Shown: positions 9,135 to 15,033 of the stretch, in pieces
How positions within the stretch are numbered: position 1 is the stretch's first letter
How the letters are laid out: the number at the start of each line of letters is the position of its first letter
From: an uncultured Candidatus Saccharibacteria bacterium
Lineage (GTDB): Bacteria; Patescibacteriota; Saccharimonadia; CAILAD01; BJGX01
Reading direction: 5' to 3'
Length of the DNA stretch: 43,472 nucleotides
NCBI GenBank assembly: GCA_964397085.1
Contig: CAYNHH010000001.1
Span: 1 to 43,472, forward strand
Position numbers and translations under genes: made by a program
The notes under the pieces: generated by a model
The model's input: only the letters and a program-made list of their open reading frames with translations
Databases searched by the model: none
Told to the model about the DNA's origin: nothing

Positions 9135-9480
9135 GTGGAGCTGGAGGGAATCGAACCCTCGTCCAGTGCATCGTCACAATACTCGCTACAACCATTCCCA
9201 AATTTCGGCTTTATGGCCACCTTGGAGTTGGGTCTCCGCACCATCTAGTCTTTGCTAGAAGTCAGGCTGTCTTTGCAGCTCGTCATTAGTCTTTCCTAAA
9301 GTCAGTCTCTGCTCCTGTTGCCGAGCTGCAGAGTCGAGGCTCCGAATCTGGATAAATCCTTTTCAAACCGTTGTCTTTTCAGGCGGCGGTTTAGGTAATG
9401 GCCCTGTTTAACGTGTCTGAGCCATCAATACACGGGTTGCAAATACTGCTTTGGGAACACTGTCGAAACCGATCAGCCCC
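9135..9480 (-). ncRNA. ssrA: tmRNA (transfer-messenger RNA)
   Basis: The minus strand starts GGGGCUGAUCGGUUUCGAC and ends GGACGAGGGUUCGAUUCCCUCCAGCUCCAC. The 7-bp acceptor stem has the G3:U alanine identity pair. T-arm GAGGG-UUCGAUU-CCCUC; CCA is not fully encoded. The tag reading frame was not confidently assigned. Confidence 0.9.
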
Positions 9481-9487
9481 TGCTTAG

Positions 9488-9518
9488 ATTCTAGAGTCTA
9501 GATGTTAGACGCTAGCAA
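9488..9518 (-). promoter_or_regulatory. Candidate ssrA promoter
   Basis: -10 TAGAAT (attcta 9488-9493) sits 7 nt before G1 of the tmRNA. Weak -35 TTGCTA with a 19-nt spacer. Confidence 0.4.
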
Positions 9519-9548
9519 AATCCAAAAAGGGACCAACCAAGTTCCTAC

Positions 9549-9573
9549 AAAAAAATCCAAATTTATATTTGGA
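9549..9573 (-). terminator. Canonical rho-independent terminator on the minus strand, just upstream of the ssrA promoter
   Basis: Stem TCCAAAT(9556-9562)/ATTTGGA(9567-9573) with a 4-nt loop, followed on the minus strand by U7 (A-run 9549-9555). Confidence 0.7.
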
Positions 9574-10039
9574 TACATACACTGTTTAAAGTACTCTGAG
9601 CTTTTTTAGAAGATTTTTGATTTAGTCTCAGCATGAATTCTCAATAAAATTAAGAACTCGTGTTGAGACCCTCCGAGACCCCAACGAATTGGTGCCTCGA
9701 AAGGCAATGAGTGTTTGCTTGATGGTTTACTGGCTTACGCCACCAAGCCTTGTTTTAGTTGTAAGCAAGGTACAGGAGTACTCCACTCCAAAACTCTCGG
9801 ACGACACATACACGCTGTTCACACATCCTAAGATGTGGCCAGGCCGCCACTATTTGCAATCACACCAAGCGGCGCTCTATCTTGACCTTACTCAAGAGAG
9901 CGGCCAGCAAGGTGTGATTGTCGAGCTTAGTGATCCCATTGTAGGAAGCTTGGCGTTTCACGGCCGAGCTCACAGGGGAAGGTATCACTTATTTCACCGC
10001 TAGGGTCCCCCAATGCGCATTGTATACTCACCCTCTCGG

Positions 10040-10078
10040 GTCACCTGTTGATGTCACCTTGTGGTGTCACCCCGTTCG
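10040..10078. repeat. Three tandem 13-nt units each starting GTCACC
   Basis: GTCACCTGTTGAT / GTCACCTTGTGGT / GTCACCCCGTTCGAT, with starts at 10040, 10053 and 10066. Confidence 0.75.
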
Positions 10079-10625
10079 ATGTATGGGTTTGTACTCCCAT
10101 CAAGCGCGCTACTCTGATTTCTCCCTACCCCCGCACCAGCATTATTAGGTGCAGCACTTATTTCGCCCGACCTAAGCCGTTTCCATAAGTGTCTGGTGTG
10201 CTCACCAGAAGGTCTTTCGCGGTTGCGATTTCGTTACAGTATGCCTGCGTGCATCGGCCCGAGCGTATCGGGTAGCGCGTACGGCTTACAGTCCCCCTGT
10301 AACAAGGTTCCTCGTTTCGGTCGTGCCTACTCCTGAAGAAACCTTTCTAACTTGTCTGAAAGCCGTAGCTTTCGAATAAAAACCAGAGATAATATCGACT
10401 TTAAGAAATGAAGAGATTGTATAAAATATGTGTACTCTATTATTTCAAAGGAAAATGTCTAGTCTTTATTCGAAAGCCAAAGGCTTTATATATAAGGTTC
10501 AAATGATGTGCCTGTGCACAACTGCCCGCCCACATGTATAGCTATTCACCAATCTGCCCAAAAATATTTAAATATGTGGCACTGGTAATTTGCTAGTTGC
10601 GAGCAAGGCAACTGTGTACAGATTT

Positions 10626-10677
10626 CAAGTTTCGCTCTTTCAGAGCTCATCAGTACTGGTAGTAACCAGTAGACTTG
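10626..10677 (-). ncRNA. Hammerhead self-cleaving ribozyme, type III topology
   Basis: Minus strand reads 5'-CAAGUC^UACUGGU-UACU-ACCAGUA-CUGAUGA-GCUC-UGAAA-GAGC-GAAA-CUUG-3'. All invariant core nucleotides are present. Stem I is 7 bp, stem II 4 bp (G10.1:C11.1) and stem III 5 bp, with a GUC cleavage triplet (cut after C10672). Confidence 0.85.
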
Positions 10678-10927
10678 CACCCCGGGATTACTCCCAGGGC
10701 TTACTAACTTCCTCGCAATGAGGCACAACACCAAGTTAGTCGGTGTGCTCTATTTGGTAATCGCCGAGCTGGCGGGTGGCGGTATTGTCACGACTCCTAG
10801 AAGCCGGCTAATTTACGTCTTGGTGCTAGACGTCAGAATTCTGTTGCTAGGCTCTGATAGGCTTTTGAAAGCCTGCCCCTGTATTGATGCAGCGCGGGCT
10901 ACTAACGGGCCAATACACCCGGAATTT

Positions 10928-11161
10928 TTACCTGTTCACCAGGGCCATCTCGCGGAAGATCCGCTGGTTGGCTTCTGCGAGCCTTTCACTCGCCTCAGAC
11001 TCCCTTTGCTCGAGCGACTTGAACGGGTCGATCCCGTTCTCCACGCACCAGCAGAAGTCCTCGTAGTCCATCTCTTCGACGGGCACAAGAGCGGACATGA
11101 CATGGGGCATTTCATTGGTGATCATACCAAACATACTTAATACACTCAGTAAGACCACCAA
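10928..11161 (-). CDS. Hypothetical small acidic protein (start uncertain; several in-frame ATGs)
   Basis: 77-aa GC-rich ORF directly downstream of promoter 11226-11254. The opposite-strand 140-aa ORF is R/L/P/H-rich and looks like a shadow. Confidence 0.45.
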   Translation of the reverse strand: MVVLLSVLSMFGMITNEMPHVMSALVPVEEMDYEDFCWCVENGIDPFKSLEQRESEASERLAEANQRIFREMALVNR

Positions 11162-11225
11162 ATATGCCCTGCTCTTTTATAACGTACAAATGCTCTTTGT
11201 TAGAACAACTCAAGCATCGAAAAGT

Positions 11226-11254
11226 AGTATAGCAAACTTTAAATAAAATGTCAA
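11226..11254 (-). promoter_or_regulatory. Consensus sigma70 promoter with extended -10
   Basis: Minus strand reads TTGACA-ttttatttaaagtttgc-TATACT (17-nt spacer, TGc extended -10). Confidence 0.6.
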
Positions 11255-11363
11255 TACTTTTATACACTTTATTTACAATTATGTACACTAACAGATATAA
11301 AATAGGAATATTTTATGTCATACTTTATAAATATATCGAGATAATACAGCAATGTATAAAAAT

Positions 11364-11387
11364 ACCCCCTTCATGACAAAAGGGGGT
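11364..11387 (-). terminator. Rho-independent terminator overlapping the stop codon of 11371..11709
   Basis: ACCCCCTT/AAGGGGGT 8-bp stem, followed on the minus strand by AUUUUUAU. Confidence 0.7.
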
Positions 11388-11709
11388 TGAAATACTTAGC
11401 AAACAATTCTTGAGGCAAGTACTGCTCAATGCAAAGCATGCAGGTGAACAGATCTTGAATCGAATCCTTGTAGTACTGCTTGGTACGTACATTTTCTTGC
11501 CATAGCTGTCTTGCTATACGAACATGCTCAACGAGTCCACTCATAAATGCAAAGACAACATCTTCATTTGATAGGTCGAGATTAAGACGATCTATCTCAT
11601 CCTTCACAGGCTTACGGTAGCGATCTACCATATGCAATGGATTTGCGATAAGACCATCTCGTCTGGTTTGCTCAAGAAAATCAGTGATCATGCACCATTG
11701 TGGCTCCAT
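11371..11709 (-). CDS. Hypothetical protein (112 aa from ATG 11709)
   Basis: The track ORF extends to 11847, but its N-terminal part covers the terminator hairpin 11805-11836. The internal Met (MEPQW...) was therefore taken as the start. Confidence 0.5.
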   Translation of the reverse strand: MEPQWCMITDFLEQTRRDGLIANPLHMVDRYRKPVKDEIDRLNLDLSNEDVVFAFMSGLVEHVRIARQLWQENVRTKQYYKDSIQDLFTCMLCIEQYLPQELFAKYFNPLLS

Positions 11710-11804
11710 ATCAGCTCTTTCTGGTAGGTGCGGATAAATCTGGCATAGTATATCTGGAAATGCACAATTAGTCAAGGTTAAGAGTATTGCGCATAATAGA
11801 AATA

Positions 11805-11836
11805 CCCCGGTTCCGCTCGTGAGAGCAGAACCGGGG
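11805..11836 (-). terminator. GC-rich hairpin terminator after 11864..12142
   Basis: CCCCGGTTC/GAACCGGGG 9-bp stem plus an inner GCTC-GTGA-GAGC, followed by U-rich GUAUUUCUAUU on the minus strand. Confidence 0.6.
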
Positions 11837-11863
11837 CAGACAAACATTACTCATTCCTGAGAA

Positions 11864-12142
11864 TTAGCTCACTTTCGCGAGACTTACCTCATTTCGAGGT
11901 GGTACCTTGTCAGGACAGTGCAAAGCATCACTTTGCGAAGACTCATAACTTACTGAAATATGCTGTCGTCGCGGCTCTCTGTTGACAGCCAACTTCTCAA
12001 GCAGACTCCAGATGAAACCAGTAACGTGATTGACAGCGATTGCTGTACCTGTTGCCACACTGATCTCAATCTTGTCGAAGAGTACATTTACATCGAAGTC
12101 CTTCGATGCTTTTGCTGCACTCTTGACTGCGTTTGATAACAA
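11864..12142 (-). CDS. Hypothetical protein (92 aa, TTG start)
   Basis: SD GAGGAG lies 5 nt before the TTG. GC-rich. An alternative overlapping basic 68-aa frame (ATG 12294) cannot be excluded. Confidence 0.45.
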   Translation of the reverse strand: MLSNAVKSAAKASKDFDVNVLFDKIEISVATGTAIAVNHVTGFIWSLLEKLAVNREPRRQHISVSYESSQSDALHCPDKVPPRNEVSLAKVS

Positions 12143-12402
12143 AGGATCTCCTCTGTCAGGTTTTTGCGAGTGAAGACTTTTTGGCTTCGTCGGGTGTCTT
12201 CTGGCTTCCCGACCTTCTTAGGTGCCGGATGAACGGCACTCTTTAGATTCCACCCATGGTGGTTACTCCTTCGAGCGCACTGCTGCGTCTGCATGTCTTG
12301 AGACCCTCTCAAGACACCTCACATCGCCCCTAGAGGGGCGAACGGATGGATTTCAAATCCCATCCATAACACCACCTCCTTAGGGACGTGTGAGTGCAGT
12401 AC
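12143..12402 (-). promoter_or_regulatory. ~260-nt structured 5' leader with two 4-codon mini-ORFs
   Basis: There are at least six perfect hairpins, including a 10-bp TGTCTTGAGA-GGG-TCTCAAGACA. Mini-ORFs ATGGATGGGATTTGA (12353-12367) and ATGGGTGGAATCTAA (12243-12257) each follow an AAGGAG-type SD. Confidence 0.5.
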
Positions 12403-12408
12403 GATTAG

Positions 12409-12437
12409 ATAATAGCATAACTACAAATATTTGTCAA
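12409..12437 (-). promoter_or_regulatory. Consensus sigma70 promoter with extended -10 driving the 12.4-11.4 kb GC-rich island
   Basis: Minus strand reads TTGACA-aatatttgtagttatgc-TATTAT. It shares the TTATGCTAnTAT block with the promoters at 16893, 20177 and 25688. Confidence 0.6.
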
Positions 12438-12460
12438 CGTTTATTAACAGATATATATAG

Positions 12461-13222
12461 TTATTTCTTTCTGTTCTTCCATGCAAGTTCAAATAGTTGT
12501 CGCAAAGCTTTGGCAATATCTTTACTCTCAATAATAATCCCTACAGAATCTTTCCCTCTGTAAGAAAGAAATGTTACTCCATCATCATACAGATTTATAT
12601 CTGCCTCCACTTCTTCTGGTAAGCGATAGGTTTCACGTAGATCTGTTCTACTAGTAGGAAGTTCACCATCAGCAAATGAATATATTACTTTACTAGCAAT
12701 TTTTTTCTTCATTCTACTCTTTGGATTAGTAACAAGAATATCGGGGATTATTTTCTTAACTTCATCTACATTCGTCATAGAATATACGACTGTGTTTGCT
12801 TTTGCCTTCCGACGAAAATATCCGTGAGCCGTGGGTGCTCCATCTTCACCTTTGTAAAAACGAACCACAGGAGCATCATCGCTGTCAGTAGACCGTGACA
12901 TTTCATTCAATCCAGGTAGTAAGCTCTTGAGCTCGTCTTTTTTGGCACTTAGTGCCTTTGCTTGAGCTTCTAGATAGCGATCTATAGCCGCAGGTGGCTC
13001 AGCCACAAAAACTGTTTTTTTACCTTGTGTAGATTCACTGACCAGGCCCATATTGGCGAGTTCGTCTAAAATAACGTACGCCGTGGCACGATTAATGTCA
13101 GCTTGCTCGGCAATTTTTTGTACCGCACTAGGGCCCAAAAACAATGCCGCTACATAGACTTTGGCTTGCTTGTCGGTGAATCCTACAGATTGCAGCTTGG
13201 CTGCGAGTTCTACTATTTGCAT
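12461..13222 (-). CDS. TrmB-family transcriptional regulator
   Basis: N-terminal winged HTH (GFTDKQAKVYVALFLGPSAVQKIAEQADINRATAYVILDELANMGLV) plus a C-terminal domain of TrmB length. Paralog of 24049..24804. Confidence 0.85.
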   Translation of the reverse strand: MQIVELAAKLQSVGFTDKQAKVYVAALFLGPSAVQKIAEQADINRATAYVILDELANMGLVSESTQGKKTVFVAEPPAAIDRYLEAQAKALSAKKDELKSLLPGLNEMSRSTDSDDAPVVRFYKGEDGAPTAHGYFRRKAKANTVVYSMTNVDEVKKIIPDILVTNPKSRMKKKIASKVIYSFADGELPTSRTDLRETYRLPEEVEADINLYDDGVTFLSYRGKDSVGIIIESKDIAKALRQLFELAWKNRKK

Positions 13223-13228
13223 AAGCGT

Positions 13229-13257
13229 ATTCTAGCACAGCAGTGCTATGTTGTCAA
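13229..13257 (-). promoter_or_regulatory. Promoter positioned for leaderless translation of TrmB paralog 1
   Basis: Minus strand reads TTGACA-N17-(TGc)TAGAAT, with only 6 nt between the -10 and the ATG at 13222. Confidence 0.55.
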
Positions 13258-13316
13258 TATCTTTCAACAAAAAATGCGCCTCTGCAATTACTACCGGGGT
13301 AGTAAAAGCAAAGACG

Positions 13317-13520
13317 CTAGTTATGCTGTGAAGAAGCAAATTCTGCAATTTTGTTTCTGCAAAACTCACAGGTGAGCACATGGGCCTTTTGCGCTTCTTC
13401 TGACTCCAAAGAGTCAAAAAAATCTGCAAGGAATGCCTCTGGGACAACGAAGCCACAACCTGCGGTAGGCTGAGCTACAAAGGGTACATCAATCGACTCG
13501 TCATGTGCCTCACTAGGCAT
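13317..13520 (-). CDS. Hypothetical small acidic protein with a C-terminal CxxC
   Basis: 67 aa. Strong SD AAGGAGGTGA 6 nt before the ATG; own promoter upstream. Confidence 0.6.
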   Translation of the reverse strand: MPSEAHDESIDVPFVAQPTAGCGFVVPEAFLADFFDSLESEEAQKAHVLTCEFCRNKIAEFASSQHN

Positions 13521-13569
13521 ACGTACTCACCTCCTTTAGAAGTAAGCTAGAGAACTATGAGCACAAGAG

Positions 13570-13598
13570 ATTGTAGTATACAAATAGAGTTTTGTCAA
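13570..13598 (-). promoter_or_regulatory. Sigma70 promoter for 13317..13520
   Basis: Minus strand reads TTGACA-N17-TACAAT. Confidence 0.55.
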
Positions 13599-13610
13599 TA
13601 TATGCACAGA

Positions 13611-14462
13611 CTAACGTGCTGCATCCTGCAGTTTTTGTTGTATATCTCTCACTTGGTCTGATCTCACATCAAAACCCTCTATTTGTCGTTGTTCTACAGC
13701 GACTTCTTTGTAGTTACCCTGGGTATCATCGATATTGCCACCGGTTTTGACATCAACAGGCACCTCTCTTCCACGTACAAGTATCGCCATATCTATACCT
13801 TTTGCATCTTCTGGCTGAGTACTAAGGCGCACATTCTCTACCCCAAACATAGCTCGGGCTACTCGTGCCACAGCTACTTCGGCACCCATACCGGCAACAA
13901 GCTTTCGTACCGTACCACCCGATCCATTCATGGCTTTTTCCAACAGATTCTCGATTTGTTCTCTAGAAACGACATCAGCAAAAGTATCAATGAGCTCTCT
14001 GAGCTTGTGATTGAATGGTAATATTTTTGCTACTTCAAGTTTTCTCTGGGCAAAGAGTTGCGATCTTTCTGCTTTTTCGTCAGTAGTAAGGACTTCTCCC
14101 CTGCTAGTTTTAATCCTTAGTTCTGTCAGTCTATCATTGATCTTATCAAGGCCTTTTTGGATAATTTCAGCTTGTGGTGCAGAGACTATAATATCTGCAA
14201 GATTTGCCAGCTCTGCATATTCAGCATTATTGACAAATTTTTCTCGAGTACGGGCCAGAGCTACTGCACGTGCAGAGGGCAAGCTTCTCTCTGCCAAAGA
14301 TAGTTCACTCTCGCCCCGCGCAATAGAGTCTTGCTCTGACTTGATAGAATCAAAGATATCAGACACCTCCCAAGTAAAAACATCACTATTAACTTCATCA
14401 AGTAGTGGAAGTCTGTCTGGTGATTTACTACCTGTTGTTTCTCGCGACTCAAGCATTGTCAT
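13611..14462 (-). CDS. Hypothetical protein with a C-terminal PD-(D/E)xK nuclease-like motif set
   Basis: 283 aa. Residues ~192-241 read GAEVAVARVARAMFG...KGIDMAILVRGREVPVDVKTG, which fits the E ... D ... (D/E)xK order of restriction-endonuclease-like folds. The N-terminal part is helical. Confidence 0.6.
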   Translation of the reverse strand: MTMLESRETTGSKSPDRLPLLDEVNSDVFTWEVSDIFDSIKSEQDSIARGESELSLAERSLPSARAVALARTREKFVNNAEYAELANLADIIVSAPQAEIIQKGLDKINDRLTELRIKTSRGEVLTTDEKAERSQLFAQRKLEVAKILPFNHKLRELIDTFADVVSREQIENLLEKAMNGSGGTVRKLVAGMGAEVAVARVARAMFGVENVRLSTQPEDAKGIDMAILVRGREVPVDVKTGGNIDDTQGNYKEVAVEQRQIEGFDVRSDQVRDIQQKLQDAAR

Positions 14463-14608
14463 AATACTGGTTAGTATATCAAGGCATAAATCTATTTACA
14501 ATCTGGTGTCTATCTGCTATGATGAGCGTTGTTCTGTTTACTTACTTGTAAAAGTAATGTAAATATAAATCTCTTTAATCTTATTAACCAAGGAATCTTA
14601 GTAACTCT

Positions 14609-15001
14609 ATGCCAATTATCAAATCAGCCAAAAAACGTATGCGCCAGCAAGATGCACGACGTACATACAATGTAGGTGTGAAGACTACTGTAAAAAAACA
14701 CATTCGTGTGGTAAAAGATGAAGTTGCTACTGGTAAAGTTACCAGCGCTGCACTTGTTGCTGCTGTTTCTCAGCTAGACCTTGCTGTACGCAAAGGTGTA
14801 CTTCACAAGCGTACTGCAGACCGTAAAAAGTCTCGACTCACCAAAGAGTACAACTCTCTTGCTGCCAAACCATATGGTACAGACAACCCTGGTAAGCCAG
14901 GTACTAAGAAAAAAGTAGCAAAAAAGCCAGCTCCCAAAGCAGTAGCCAAGAAAGCTCCAGCTAAAAAAGCCGCTCCCAAAAAACCAACTGCCAAGAAATA
15001 A
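14609..15001 (+). CDS. rpsT: 30S ribosomal protein S20 with a K/A/P-rich C-terminal tail
   Basis: The MPIIKSAKKRMRQ start is typical of S20. The last ~45 aa are KKVAKKPAPKAVAKKAPAKKAAPKKPTAKK-like. Confidence 0.9.
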   Translation: MPIIKSAKKRMRQQDARRTYNVGVKTTVKKHIRVVKDEVATGKVTSAALVAAVSQLDLAVRKGVLHKRTADRKKSRLTKEYNSLAAKPYGTDNPGKPGTKKKVAKKPAPKAVAKKAPAKKAAPKKPTAKK

Positions 15002-15008
15002 ACAAAAA

Positions 15009-15031
15009 CTCCACCGAACGGCGGAGTTTTT
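15009..15031. terminator. Bidirectional terminator between convergent rpsT and holA
   Basis: CTCCACC-GAAC-GGCGGAG hairpin (one mismatch) flanked by A5 and T5. Confidence 0.6.
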
Positions 15032-15033
15032 GT

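Larger units (their letters stand above)
9549..10671 (-). ncRNA. Candidate ~1.1-kb noncoding RNA released by the hammerhead (5' end) and ended by an intrinsic terminator (3' end); GC-rich structured core about 9650-10340
   Basis: There is no credible ORF on either strand. Dense perfect hairpins are present, for example the nested 64-nt hairpin 9857-9920. GC is about 53% in a sampled line, against a ~42% backbone. It is bounded by the ribozyme cleavage site and the terminator 9549-9573. Confidence 0.45.

Noticed and set aside
8754-9135. tmRNA-targeted genomic island or prophage on the 3' side of ssrA.
   Set aside because: There is no integrase and no direct repeat of the ssrA 3' end (gtggagctggagggaatcgaa or a part of it) within the window. 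Only a single GC-rich kinase gene is present, so the idea is recorded only as a compositional oddity.
8935-9201. 88-aa minus-strand ORF overlapping the ssrA 3' end.
   Set aside because: Its N-terminal half is the tmRNA T-arm/acceptor read as protein (..RVRFPPAPLF..). Only the distal 43-aa TM segment was kept, as a very low-confidence ORF.
9689-10003. 104-aa plus-strand ORF in the structured region; also 10546..10734 (-) and 10718..11140 (+).
   Set aside because: 9689..10003 runs through stacked perfect hairpins and has no SD or promoter. 10546..10734 is a translation of the hammerhead itself. 10718..11140 is R/L/P/H-rich and antisense to a promoter-linked ORF.
10270-10300. Group II intron domain V look-alike (AAGCCGUACGCGC on the minus strand).
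   Set aside because: The required complementary 3' half (..ACGUACGGYUY) is absent. There is no reverse transcriptase ORF and no other intron domains.
10150-10340. Possible RNase P RNA (GGAAACGGCUUAGGUC on the minus strand resembles the ACAGAA..GGCUUA CR-IV/V block; CAGUAAACC..AGCAA resembles CR-III).
   Set aside because: There is no GAGGAAAGUCCGGGC-like CR-I. The two look-alike blocks occur in the wrong 5'-3' order and at the wrong spacing for RNase P.
12340-12375. tRNA T-arm-like GGAUGGAUUUCAAAUCCCAUCC followed by ..CACCACC.
   Set aside because: No complementary acceptor 5' strand, D-arm or anticodon arm is present at the required distances. It is one of the leader hairpins read on the opposite strand.
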